Shown here in pieces: positions 1-12,845 of a DNA stretch of 64,000 bases. How positions within the stretch are numbered: position 1 is the stretch's first letter; every line of letters starts with the position of its first letter. The DNA comes from Nemertoderma westbladi. Taxonomy: Eukaryota; Animalia; Xenacoelomorpha. Where the stretch lies: the NCBI GenBank assembly GCA_032718475.1, contig JAUCBJ010001928.1, forward strand, positions 1-64,000, in the 5' to 3' direction. The position numbers and the translations under genes are program-made. The notes beneath the pieces were generated by a model that saw nothing but the letters and a program-made list of their open reading frames with translations, was not told where the DNA came from and did no database searches.

Positions 1-1
1 T

Positions 2-310
2 TTGCAAGCATTTGTGGATAGCTTAATACGCGGTGAAGCCGATCCAACCATTACGGAGGACGATGGTCGTTATATCGAACCGCCGATGTCCCAAGAGCAA
101 CTTGCGCGTGAATTGGACTATCGAAAATCCACCGCGCGCTATACGCATCGTAATAGTACGTATATGGACTTCCTAGCTACCGGCCATCCTATCGATTTAC
201 ATGATACGGACGATGTAGACACCGAAAGGGAAATGGTTCTATTTAAATATCATACCCAGCGGAGTCGGAACGATAAACCGAGAATAGATCACGAAAAATT
301 ACATTCGTAA
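2..310 (+). pseudogene. N-terminal fragment of the BEL accessory gene (ORF3), truncated by frameshift and deletion
   Basis: QAFVDSLIRGEADPTITEDDGRYIEPP... matches ORF 18786-17107. Confidence 0.9.
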
Positions 311-347
311 CAGACAGGGAAGACGAACCAATATGCCTAGAATCTGA

Positions 348-1397
348 GGAGATTCAGCCTATCGCGCCCGGAACAGCGACAACGATTACATCCTAGAATG
401 GTATCAAGGTCCACAGTGTCTCACTGCGTACGATTATCGACATGCCAACTATGTTTCTAGGCAACGTTGTCGGTTATGCGCATCGAGAGACCACGATACG
501 CCCATGGACACCAACATCCGCTGTTCCTATTTCAAAGAACAACCGACTATGGAAATTTATTGCGCATATTGCAGACTCAATAACCTGCATATCTTTGCGG
601 TTTGCCCTCAATTTATGACTCAATGTCACCATTGTCAACTAAAGGGACATGCTAGTTTCGACTGCCCTTTTAATCACGATTTGGAAAGCGTAGATGAAAT
701 GATCACACTGCGTTACATCAAAGCTTGGGAAGCGAACGTTGATTTACATTGTGATTCGCGCCATCGCTATTATCCCGGACGCGCTTACGAAGGAGTTTAT
801 GCGTTCCATCCTTATCTATTCGCTTCGGTTGAACAGAAATCACGCATATCAAGTTACGAGCTACTGAAGCGCGTCGGAGAATGTATTTCAACCAAATTCG
901 TACGCAAATTTCTCAGGAGTGTTAATCCTAGCGACCTTCATTCCTATAACTTAATCAATTATATCCGTCAGGATCCGGACTATGGAGACTTGTTTGTTAA
1001 CTCACACCCCGAGTTACAGGAAGTATATCGACGGCCTTACGAATACCGAGCCCGCGAACGCGAGTTGGAAAGGACCATTAAACCCCGGAAGTTTCTAACT
1101 GCCTATGGTCCACCCACGGCCCTCGTTCAGACCACTCGTAAAGGACCCGTAAGAGCGGCTGTCTTGAAACGAGCTCTCAAAGCCGTTAGACCCCTCTCAC
1201 CTGACGTTGATGTCAATCAACCCGGTACTTCGACTGACGGATACACCGACCATAATCCTACACCCTTTGATGCAATCATATTGCACCCTTCACCCAGGAG
1301 TTATAGCCCTCCTTGTAAAGTGGCTCGCCCCAAAGAGAAAAGGACTCTGGCTAGCTTTAAAAAACTGCGTAAACGCCGTCCGCGCAAGAAAGACTAA
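348..1397 (+). CDS. C-terminal zinc-knuckle/NLS part of the BEL accessory gene (remnant after deletion)
   Basis: Frame is open from 348 (RNSDNDYILEWYQGPQCLT...), includes CAYCRLNNLHIFAVC and CHHCQLKGHASFDC, and ends KKLRKRRPRKKD. Matches 15572-14571. Confidence 0.75.
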   Translation, partial: GDSAYRARNSDNDYILEWYQGPQCLTAYDYRHANYVSRQRCRLCASRDHDTPMDTNIRCSYFKEQPTMEIYCAYCRLNNLHIFAVCPQFMTQCHHCQLKGHASFDCPFNHDLESVDEMITLRYIKAWEANVDLHCDSRHRYYPGRAYEGVYAFHPYLFASVEQKSRISSYELLKRVGECISTKFVRKFLRSVNPSDLHSYNLINYIRQDPDYGDLFVNSHPELQEVYRRPYEYRARERELERTIKPRKFLTAYGPPTALVQTTRKGPVRAAVLKRALKAVRPLSPDVDVNQPGTSTDGYTDHNPTPFDAIILHPSPRSYSPPCKVARPKEKRTLASFKKLRKRRPRKKD

Positions 1398-1474
1398 CTG
1401 TTTAGAGTATTTACGTATATTAGAAACTGTGATTTGTATATTTTATAGACTCAAATCCCATTTTCTGGGAGCGG

Positions 1475-2732
1475 TGTAAAAGCTTCTGTGGGATATAACT
1501 GGCCCCTTTGCTTCACAATCCAGTTTCCCCCCAGGTGCTGGAATACTCTAAAAAAGGTTCTCTAACTGTATATATATTCCCCTCGCCCGCAAGGTACCGT
1601 TACAGGTGTTTTAACGGACATAAAAGTCATTCTGCTATATACGTGTTTTAGCGGACATGGTAAGGCAAAAAACCCGCAATACGGCAAATACTTTTACACA
1701 GCTTAGCCGTGATGATTCAGATTACGACATCTAGCAGCTGGTTGCTTAAATGGAAACAGCCATTGGACGCATGGTTCTTTGTTTGGCTTCAGCCAATCAG
1801 AGCGATTCTCTCTGTCGATGTGGAGCTTTGAGCCGATCATACTGGGATTGTTCAGTCTTACAGTTTTTTACTGATACTTTGTTGTTATTGCTGTCTAAGC
1901 CAGAAACAACGGCTCTAGCAAGAAACATTAGTAGGCTTAAGATTATAGAGCGTATGACTGTTATCAGTTCGACGGTTCATAACAACTCACATATCGGTCC
2001 ATATCAGTGCATATCATATCTTAACCTACCGTCTTAATGTTTTTACTGTTGTCATATCTTATATCAGTGGATTGAATATTATTTGGAGAACATTTATAAA
2101 GAACCCAAATTTCCCAATTTTCTTGATACACTACAGGTTAGAGAGGCGGGTTATATATATAGCGATTGCGACTTATATTATTGTGGTGTGTATTGAATTT
2201 AATGCTATTTGATAAGCCCTACATGAGTCCGTTGCTATTCTCTTTATATATGATAAAATTCATTGACGGTCGGCAAATTAGTGAGCAGTATTGTGCGTTA
2301 CCGGTAGTGTGCATGATTGTGGCTGATAACTAAGCATTTCCTAAAGAATGCGCCTCATACGTGAATCATAAGCCTTACCGACTTACCGTTGTGATTAGTG
2401 TAAGTCATATCTCTGTCTATCTAGATAGAGCGCCACGTCCTAAAGGAACTGTTAATATTTCCCGAAAGTGAATAATATTAGTCAGAAATTATTTATTAAC
2501 GATCAATCGAATAATACAATACCGTAAGCTTCACTGCAATAATAATCTAAGCCCTCAGAATCCAGTCTCCCGGGATTATCCAGCGGGTGAATGGACGCGC
2601 ACTAGGCTGGCTTCTGCTAATGTTGTGTTTATTGGTATTAAATATTGTCATCTTCTAGAGTCGATTTATAAACCAAAAAGACATATAAATTTTGGCAGGT
2701 TAAACTGCTAAAGGTCTTCAAAAGCGCGTACA
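1475..2732 (+). repeat. 3' LTR of BEL copy 1 (1,258 bp)
   Basis: TG...CA termini; homologous to the reverse complement of 13233-14492 but clearly diverged. Confidence 0.93.
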
Positions 2733-3474
2733 GGGGACCTTAGGAATGTGAAAGCCAAATTCCTTTACAAAGCATTTCAATGACCAGCCAGCACTACTTT
2801 GCCGAACTGCAGCGGGTAGAACGTTTGTCGCTTTATGCTATTGTGTTATATAAAGATAGCGGCAGGAATACAGAGAAATGATACGAGCTCACTAATTGGC
2901 TGTTCCCACAGATATGTTTTAGGCACTGTGGGTGCCCATATGGTCAGGGCGCCCGCCCAGTCTGCCCAAATCCAATATGTAATCAATTGGTACTGCAAGC
3001 CAAGCAAAGCTTACCACAGTTCCTTATGTATGTACCTGCACCACATAGTCTGCAAGTGCTAACGCGGGAATTCTTGGTAAAGTGACACCATACCAGTGAT
3101 TTCTGAAAGTACTAATGTGCTAACTCAGTAACAGACTTTAGCAACACCAATTCTGCACCACCCGCAAGAGGGCTCTAAGTGTTCTAAAGTACTAATTTAG
3201 GTAGGGGATCTCTACCTGGCACGGTGGATAACTCAAGCAGTCCGTGATACCTGGACTGATAGGAATAATCTCGGCTACATAGTCGGGAACTCCGATTGCG
3301 CCATGAAATACTGGGATGACTGCCTGAAAGTCATCAAGAATGATTCGTATCTCATGCGCAAGGGTGATCAGCCTGCCTTAGATGGCGTGTTAATAAGGAG
3401 TTGAGGGCATCTCACAATGAATTTTAATGAAAATTCGCCACTGGACAGGTGTTCAACAACACGCCACGACAGTT

Positions 3475-6306
3475 ATATGGACCGTTACATCACCAATATG
3501 GACCGTTACATCCCCAATATGGACCGTTACATCAACAATATGGACCGTTACATCAACAATATGGACCGTTACATCACCAATATGGACCGTTACATCAACA
3601 ATATGGACCGTTACATCACAAATATGGACCATTACATCAACAATATGGACCGTTACATCACCAATATGGACCGTTACATCACCAATATGGACCGTTACAT
3701 CAACAATATGGAACATTACATCAACAATATGGACCGTTACATCACCAATATGGACCGTTACATCAACAATATGGACCGTTACATCACCAATATGGACCGT
3801 TACATCAACAATATGGACAGTTACATCAACAATATGGACCGTTACACCACCAATATGGACCGTTACATCACAAATATGGACCGTTACATCTCAAATATGG
3901 ACCGTTACATCTACAATATGGACCGTTACTTCAACAATATGGACCGTTACATCCCCAATATGGACCGTTACATCACCAATATGGACCGTTACATCACAAA
4001 TATGGACTGTTAAATCACAAATATGGACCGTTACATCACCAATATGGACCGCTACATCGCCAATATGGACCGTTACATCACCAATATGGACCGTTACATC
4101 AACAATATGGAACATTACGTCAACAATATGGACCGTTACATCACCAATATGGACCGTTACATCACAAATATGGACCATTACATCCATAATATGGACCGTT
4201 ACATCACCAATATGGACCGTTACATCACCAATATGGACCGTTACATCACCAATATGGACCGTTACATCACAAATATGGACTGTTAAATCACAAATATGGA
4301 CCGTTACATCAACAATATGGAACATTACATCAACAATATGGACCGTTACATCACCAATATGGACCGTTACATCAACAATATGGACCGTTACATCAACAAT
4401 ATGGACCGTTACACCACCAAAATGGACCGTTACATCACAAATATGGACCGATACATCTCAAATATGGACCGTTACATCTACAATATGGACCGTTACTTCA
4501 ACAATATGGACCGTTACATCCCCAATATGGACCGTTACATCACCAATATGGACCGTTACATCACAAATATGGACTGTTAAATCACAAATATGGACCGTTA
4601 CATCACCAATATGGACCGCTACATCACCAATATGGACCGTTACATCACCAATATGGACCGTTACATCAACAATATGGACCGTTACATCAACAATATGGAC
4701 CGTTACACCACCAATATGGACCGTTACATCACAAATATGGACCGTTACATCTCAAATATGGACCGTTACATCTACAATATGGACCGTTACTTCAACAATA
4801 TGGACCGTTACATCCCCAATATGGACCGTTACATCACCAATATGGACCGTTACATCACAAATATGGACTGTTAAATCACAAATATGGACCGTTACATCAC
4901 CAATATGGACCGGTACATCGCCAATATGGACCGTTACATCACCAATATGGACCGTTACATCAACAATATGGAACATTACGTCAACAATATGGACCGTTAC
5001 ATCACCAATATGGACCGTTACATCACAAATATGGACCATTACATCCACAATAAGGACCGTTACATCACCAATATGGACCGTTACATCACTAATATGGACC
5101 GTTACATCACCAATATGGACCGTTACATCACAAATATGGACTGTTAAATCACAAATATGGACCGTTACATCAACAATATGGAACATTACATCAACAATAT
5201 GGACCGTTACATCACCAATATGGACCGTTACATCAACAATATGGACCGCTACATCAACAATATGGACCGTTACACCACCAAAATGGACCGTTACATCACA
5301 AATATGGACCGATACATCTCAAATATGGACCGTTACATCTACAATATGGACCGTTACTTCAACAATATGGACCGTTACATCCCCAATATGGACCGTTACA
5401 TCACCAATATGGACCGTTACATCACAAATATGGACTGTTAAATCACAAATATGGACCGTTACATCACCAATATGGACCGCTACATCACCAATATGGACCG
5501 TTACATCACCAATATGGACCGTTACATCAACAATATGGAACATTACGTCAACAATATGGACCGTTACACCACCAAAATGGACCGTTAGATCACAAATATG
5601 GACCGATACATCTCAAATATGGACCGTTACATCTACAATATGGACAGTTACTTCAACAATATGGACCGTTACATCCCCAATATGGACCGTTACATCACCA
5701 ATATGGACCGTTACATCACAAATATGGACTGTTAAATCACAAATATGGAGAGTTTCATCACCAATATGGACCGCTACATCACCAATATGGACCGTTACAT
5801 CACCAATATGGACCGTTACATCAACAATATGGAACATTACGTCAACAATATGGACCGTTACATCACCAATATGGACCGTTACATCAACAATAAGGACCGT
5901 TACATCACCAATATGGACCGTTACATCACCAATATGGACCGCTACATCAACAATATGGACCGTTACATCAACAATATGGACCGTTACATCACCAATATGG
6001 ACCGTTACATCAACAATATGGACCGTTACATCAACAATATGGACCGTTACATCTACAATATGGACCGTTACATCAACAATATGGACCGTTACATCAACAA
6101 TATGGACCGTTACATCTAAAATATGGACCGTTACATCTACAATATGGACCGTTATATCAACAATACGGACCGTTAAATCAACAATATGGACCGTTACATC
6201 ACAAATATGGACCGTTACATCAACAATATGGAACATTACATCAACAATATGGACCGTTACATCACCAATATGGACCGTTACATCAACAATATGGACCGTT
6301 ACATCT
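3475..6306. repeat. 21-bp tandem satellite (consensus ATATGGACCGTTACATCACCA, ~135 units) with 861-bp higher-order repeat
   Basis: The variant unit ACTGTTAAATC recurs at spacings of 273/294/294 bp (sum 861 = 41 units). ORFs 3891-4325 and 4752-5186 are offset by 861. Confidence 0.97.
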
Positions 6307-7789
6307 ATTTCATCTAGTGCAGAATTTAATAACAATTACAAATCTAAAAACCGCTTAGTAAGATCTCTTTTAGTTCTTGAGTTATTGCTGTTTTTCCGTA
6401 TGACAGACAGGCAGACTAGATTTCACCAAACACAAAACTGACATCAAAATACCTCCGCCAGAAATAATTAACCATCCAGAACACAGACAGACAATTTTGG
6501 TGGGAATGTTTAAACTTAGAAGGCAATTATATCGGAAATTGACATTTTCAATTCCAAATTACTACTCCTCCGTCATTATTCAACCAATTTTTTTCGTCTT
6601 TGGCTCTTTCGAACGAGCTTTGGCAGCTCTTTAAAAGTTATCTTATATGGAATTTTGATAAATATTACCATTTTGTGTAATTGGCAAATTGTAATTAAAA
6701 ATATGATAATTAATTAATTAAAATGACTATTTGAAAATTCTATAAGATAACAGGCCTACAGTTCAGCTCAGCAGTTATAGGCCTACGGTAATATATAATT
6801 TACATTTTAATTAGGGTTTGGTCATGGGCCACCATTCTGCTGGGAATAAAATAACCACAAGTGTAATGTTCTGTGGATCAGCATAAGCAGCATCCGGCTC
6901 ACCATTATAAAAGTACCCACTTATACTTTGATTGGTAAAAGGGAGGACCTCCTGGTTCAAAATACAAGTCACTGACAGTGGTTGGTTTGACTTCTATACA
7001 TTTTGAGATTGTTTTTTTTAATGTTTTTATTAAATATGTTAAATCGAATGAGTAGAGTGGAAAGATAGTGTTGCTGCATTCATGAATTCCGCCTTTAAAT
7101 TACTTATTTTACAAATCGATAATCAAATCGATTTGAAATTGAAATCAAGGAAGTTTTACACGCGCCAGAAAAGGTGGTTCACTACAATTAAGTATTAGTG
7201 ATAATCTGGACAATTGTATTAGGTTTGTGTGTTGTCATACCTCTGATTTACTAAATAATTAATATATGGCGATATCTCAGACCATTAATATAAGCAAAGC
7301 TCTTATTATTAATTACATCACGATTGAGAGTTGTCACAAATTGAATACTGTAGTGATATCAATATAATTAGACCCAAAGACTTGTCACTATACGTTTCCC
7401 CTAAAGGGAAACACAATCACCAGACTTGAGTCCTTACATAATTAATTAGTCAGTCAGTTACTTGTTATACTGTGTTGTCACGCCCTCCCGGTATCGTATC
7501 TCAGTCAAATACAATAGATATCAAATGCCGTATCGAAACAAATAAGTTATATAGCAAATCAATACATGGGAAGGAAACAAAGGGGAACTAATCGATACAG
7601 TGAGCGGCCCTCGGTGACAGGTACACTTGTAATTAAAAGCCCACAGTGCATGGAATCTCTGCGTAGTTGCAAAAGAGTCAAATTGAAATGATATGAAATT
7701 GAGATTGAAAGAACATATTTTACTAAAAGCGCTAACAGATAGTCTTAGCGGGAGACAATCTGGGTCGCATTTCTTGGTTGAAGTACCGG

Positions 7790-8160
7790 TAATTCAAGCT
7801 TATCTAAAAGAAACATAATTTTTATTCCACTGAATGGGCATGCAACACATTTGTTGCAGCCGTTTGATGTTGCTGTTTTCTGTGGAGTAAAACGTGAATG
7901 GAAAGTCATCATGAGTGTTGGAGAAAAGAGGTAAGCTATTCTAAAGTATTCCAAAGAATCAGTTTCCAGGTATGTTAGCATGATTATGGATGAAGCTTAC
8001 ATAAAAAAAAACCCTGCATACAGGAATTCGTGCTTCCGGCATTTATCCTCCAAACCCAAATAAGGTTTTGAAGCGACTACCCCGTGAGATACCAAATGCA
8101 GAGACGCAAAACTCAGTACTCAACATCGCTACTATAAAAGTGTTGAAATCGTCGTTGAAT
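7790..8160 (+). pseudogene. Degenerate pogo/Tigger-family (DDE_1) transposase fragment
   Basis: HATHLLQPFDVAVFCGVKREWK and GIRASGIYPPNPNKV motifs, interrupted by stops and frameshifts. Confidence 0.75.
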
Positions 8161-8484
8161 ACAGAGCAGTGCAGTGGGCTGACAGCAGCAGCTGGTTCCA
8201 CCAACTCTCACTAACAAGTTAGTGCCACTAACCGCTTAGGGTGGTGTTAGTGGCACTAAGATAAGTGGCACTTAATTTAACTGTCCCACCACGACCACTA
8301 ACACTAACCCTATGCTTAGTGGCACTTACTGCCTCCCTAAAAGCCGCACTAAGCTTATTTTATTTCAAACAAAGCTGTTTCCTGGGTGATTTATCATAAT
8401 CATTAAAAATACATATTAATATGCAACATCAACTTTTGTATTTTTGCAAAAGTTTTTACCAATGACCTTATTTACACTTTTTGC

Positions 8485-9588
8485 AGGCAGGAGTTCAAAA
8501 GGGTCGCTCATGCTACGAACATATACTGGCAATACGTTTGTTGATAGACTATGTGAGGGCTAAGAAAGTGAAATTATTTATATTATACGTGGATTTCTCC
8601 AAAGCATACGACAGGGTATCAAGAGTAATCCTTATAAGTAAACTTATATCACTCGGATGCGGGTTAAATATGATAAACGCAATTCGCGCGGTATATAGGC
8701 ATACATACCTACAGCTAAATCACACCGATATAAATGTAAGCACAGGCGTCCGCCAGGGATATCCATCCAGTTTATTCCTGTTTACATTATATATAGATGC
8801 ATTAAAATTACATTGTTTAATAACTTGTGTAGTAGTAACGATTATTTATCTACTATCCATGCCTTACTTTTTATGGATGACACCGCTATTTTTGCCTCTA
8901 CCCGTCAACGTTGTTTGCAAAAGCTACAAATTTTGTGCGATTTCTGTAAAGCACATACTATGATTATTAATGTAGATAAAACAAAGTTTATGGTGATAAA
9001 CGGTAGCCACGCAGACAGAGAACCTTTATGTGCTGAAGGCAATGTGATAAAAAATACAGATACTTATGTGTAACTCGGGGCTATATTTACGCAGGATGGC
9101 AAATTGTCATCATGTTTGCAATACCATGCAAAAGAATGCGAGAAACATGTACGAAAATTCTCAATTTTCTGTGCCGTTAACAGTGCCATTTCAGTTAAAA
9201 CTGAAAGTGTTTAATTGTGCAATACTGGCTTCCATTTTGTATTCATCTGATACGTGGCTTTCCACTGTAGGTAGGAAACCAATACGTAATATGTATATAC
9301 GTTTGGTCAAAATCTTATTAAATGTACGAAATACAACGCCAAACTTACTATGTTTAGTGGAGTTGGGTTTAGCTGATGTTGACGCGGTAATCGATAACGC
9401 TATTAGAAAGTCGTTTCTTAAACAGATGTCAATTTGGGACGCTTCAGATCCATTGAGGCATATTTATGACATGTGTAGAACCGAAAACACGCTCTATTAT
9501 AGATTTTTGGATGGGCTTGTGAATAATCATAGGGATATAGTTAATAATAGTCGTGTAAAGGTTAAAAATAATGTACTGGAAATGGCCA

Positions 9589-9619
<31 letters not shown>

Positions 9620-10312
9620 GATATTAACACCCCGAGCGGGGTAACAGGTTATGTTTTATTTAATTAACTATTAGTATTATACAGTGTACTTTAAAATACG
9701 AAATTAAAATAATTTAAAATATAATAGGTAAAAATAATACTAAAAGGGAATAATCCGAAGACAGAACTAGAGGCTTCCTAGAAGGGATAGGTGAGGGCAA
9801 CTCGCACATCTAATCGCATGGAGCCGGTTGGAAGCAGGACCCCCGCAGTAGATACAGGTGCAGGCATCCCCAAGTTCGTGAAATGGGGTTTTATTTCGGC
9901 ATATTTTCCAATATGAAATGGCCACAATTAAAAGTAAGTTTAAAATATACACAGAGTTAAATCCCCAGTTAACTGTGCATGCAATTTACGGTAAAAGCTC
10001 ATGTTACATTCCCGATTATAAACGAGTAAATGTGTCTCGTTTTAGATTGAGCTCACATCGTCTCCGCATTGAGATGGGCCGTTGGTCGCGAACCCCCCGC
10101 GAACAGCGTCTTTGCTCATGCGGCAACGACTTGCAAACTGAATTACACGTTTTACAAGATTGCCCTCGAACGGCCAATGTAAGAAACAAATACGTAGGAA
10201 GTAAATTTGATACTTTTGTAGAATTTTTTAATAACGGCGTAGATGAAATTTGCAACATAGTAACATAAATATGTAATATTTTTCAGTGAATGGTTTATTT
10301 ATTATTATTATT
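8485..10312 (+). mobile_element. 5'-truncated non-LTR retrotransposon (RTEX/L2-like) RT pseudogene inside the Harbinger
   Basis: YVDFSKAYDRV, GVRQG, LLFMDD and C-terminal RFRLSSHRLRIEMGRW...CSC...HVLQDC; frameshifted; (ATT)n tail at ~10298-10312. Confidence 0.88.
9594..9914 (-). mobile_element. Short 5'-truncated poly(A) retroposon (L1-like ORF2 3' end) inserted in the LINE
   Basis: 15-bp TSD GAAATGGCCACAATT (9579-9593, 9915-9929); ~28-nt poly(T) on +; encodes CIYC-x8-H-x3-C. Confidence 0.85.
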
Positions 10313-11119
10313 AGTAATATTTATTAGTGCAATAGGTGCGATCGAAATTTGATTTTACGGTGCTCATTTTATACTGTACCTAAGATGACTAATAAAATTG
10401 ACTTACAATTGAAGACCCAGAACAATAAAATTAATGAATTCTAATTTTTGGTATTTAAGTATTATTATTATGGGAAACATAGTATTACCCTGATAATTAG
10501 TTGAATGAAGTTACAATTAATATTGTGCGAATTATACGTATTTAAGTAGATCAAATTTATTTGTATTAATTATTTAATATTATTAATTATATGAACCACG
10601 TTTAGATACTGTACTACTGTAAAGGTAACTCATAAATTGGACTGATTTCCTTGCCGTGATAATTTAATTATTTTGTTCGGTATTACGTATTAGCTATATT
10701 TACCTAATATTGTATAAATTGTGAATAACCATATCAGTCAATAAATATATATATATATTCATTTGGTATTTGTTATTTATATTAGTGTCGGCACTTATTT
10801 TTCTATTATCATTTGCGTAATAATAGTAGAATATTTAGTTGATGGAATCATTAGCCGTGATTTATAATTACTACGATTATCAATACGAAGTATATTTTTA
10901 AGATATGCCGAAGGTCAATTTTATCGGTAGCCATTAATTTACTTTATGTTGTCTTACAATTATTGAACCATGTTATTTTAAATTTATTGAAAATACTCAG
11001 TGGAATTTCTATTATTATAATTAATTTTGTAATTTAAACTCGTGTCAAATTTCATTATCTTGAGTAATATGTAACTCCAATGACCTTATTTTCAACAATG
11101 TTATTGCTTATCTACAACA

Positions 11120-11479
11120 GGATGAGCTCAGGGTCATTTGTGTGGGCCGCAAGGATGGGAAACATAGATACAAGCGGCTGAACAACCATAGTCGTCAAGG
11201 TAAGTCAGGTTAGGGTATCATTACGAGTAAATAGGAGAGGAGAAAGTAATAGCTGTGTTGCCGGAAAACCAGTCTATAACAGCGGCACTGACCATGACAA
11301 ATGACAAGGATACTGTCGCGGAACTTCCAAAGACTAAGTCAATAAGAAGTGGCAGGCGATCTAGAGTTGCAGAAAAAAGCCTGGAAGAGCTCCATTTCGT
11401 TGTCTTGGAGAGTGAGAAGGAGAAGCTGCCCATAGAAGGCCTTGGGCGATGCAAAATAGTTTCGCTGTCACTTTTGTGA
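11120..11479 (+). pseudogene. Possible exon remnants of the Harbinger Myb/SANT-like partner gene
   Basis: Convergent with the transposase; C-terminus KSLEELHFVVLESEKEKL looks like a coiled coil; inferred from element architecture only. Confidence 0.3.
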
Positions 11480-11613
11480 ATATGTTAAATTGACAATGGA
11501 ATTTAATTAATTAAACGAAACCAAAAAACACTTATAAATATGAGAGCACATGAATAAGTTTATTGATCGTACGGAATATTCATAATATTAATAATATTTA
11601 CAAAATAATATAA

Positions 11614-12110
11614 AATACTGCTTGGATATTGAGCGATTTGTGGCCTCTGCGGTCCATAAATGCAAAACACTTTGCTTTTCCGACTGGTACCACAACATGG
11701 GTACAGTCCAATGCACCCACTATACCATGAATTCCTGTCAATCCCATAAAGCTCTCCTGTGTCCTACACTTTTGTTCCCCTTCTGGGAACGATATGAATT
11801 TGTCAATGTTTGCAACTATATTTGGGATTACCCAGATTGCTCGACAGGCGCTGGACTTGGCCACACCGAAACAATAACCGGTGGTAATGGGCAGTTCTTA
11901 GAAGAAGCGAAGCAAGACAACCAACCCATCTCTAAATTCTTCTAGGAGATACCTGACAGATTCCTTGTCAAACCTGTAACGTTGATAAAATTCAACATCA
12001 TGGTAGACCTGGAAAGTGTTAAATCTGTCCAAAATCCGCCGTTTTGGCATTTCGTATTGTTGTCGACGAGATTCATATAATATCAACTGACGAGCCGTCA
12101 TCCGAATCAT
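11614..12110 (-). pseudogene. Harbinger (HARBI1-like) transposase, disrupted
   Basis: EFYQRYRFDKESV..., GIVGALDCTHV, DRRGHKSLNIQAV; broken reading frame. Confidence 0.87.
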
Positions 12111-12320
12111 ATATAAATGGATTTCCTTTATTGTTTTTTTGTGTTAATATGGGGGTGAAATAATAGACACCGAAAATAAAAAAAAACAATGTAGTAAAGT
12201 GTATAAAGTAAAATGTATACATGTACAGTAATGTAAAGTGGAAATAATGTGTATGTAAAGTGGTGTACAGTACATACAGTATGATAGGGTTCAATCAAAA
12301 CAAATGAAATATATTTGTAA

Positions 12321-12572
12321 CTAGCAGGCAATACCCAAGGCATGTTACCCGATATTTCCCGCTACCGGCATAGGCCTACTGGCGTACTGGTACCGGTATA
12401 GGCCTACTGACGTACCGGTACCGAATGTGAATTAAACTTTTCGAAAAGTGGCCTATAACGACCGCTGGTTAAAGTTATACACACATGCCAAGTTCCAGCG
12501 CAATCCCTCTGCCCGTTTTGGAGGAGTTCGAACACAGAGAGAGAGACAGAATTTGATTTTTATAGGTATAGA
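12321..12572 (-). mobile_element. Small non-autonomous Helitron-like element
   Basis: On the minus strand it starts A|TCTATA, has a (TC)n/TCTG microsatellite, a subterminal GC-rich imperfect hairpin, and ends CTAG|T. Confidence 0.55.
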
Positions 12573-12845
12573 TCAATCGCAAGTAAAAATATCCGACCAA
12601 CAAAAGTAAATTCAGCAGTTAATGTAGCTTTTAGGGATATCTAGAGGTCCCTAAGCAAATCGCACTAACGTGTTAGTGGCGCTTACAGTTAGTGAGCTTG
12701 GTGGAACAGGCGAAGTCATAAGGGTGGCTCAGGTTAGTGGCACTAAGCAGTTAGCACTAACACTAAGCGGTTAGTGAGAGTTGGTGGAACCGGCTGCAGG
12801 ACAGAGCTTAACTTCACTGCTAAGGAAATGATTGCTTATTTGATC

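Larger units (their letters stand above)
1..2732 (+). mobile_element. 3' part of a BEL/Pao LTR retrotransposon (sister copy of 13233-32246), internally deleted, continues left of the window
   Basis: ORFs 2-310 and 504-1397 are near-identical in protein to the ends of the accessory gene of the full element. PPT GGGAGCGG is followed by LTR 1475-2732 (TGTAAAAG...CGCGTACA). About 2.8 kb of the accessory gene is missing at ~317. Confidence 0.93.
8189..12796 (-). mobile_element. PIF/Harbinger DNA transposon with nested insertions
   Basis: 27-bp TIRs CAGC(T/C)GGTTCCACCAACTCTCACTAAC; CAG duplication on both sides (8186-8188, 12797-12799); subterminal TTAGTGGCACTAA repeats; Harbinger transposase remnant inside. 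Confidence 0.88.

Noticed and set aside
1207-1479. Overlapping 80-90 aa ORF (MMSINPVLRL...) in both BEL copies
   Set aside because: Alternative frame of the conserved accessory gene; C-termini differ by a frameshift between copies
3475-6306. CRISPR-like array
   Set aside because: Contiguous 21-bp units with no unique spacers, eukaryotic context and no cas genes
3417-6335. MDRYITN, YGPLHHQ and VTVHIGD repeat ORFs as genes
   Set aside because: By-products of a 21-bp unit; repeatedly interrupted by stops
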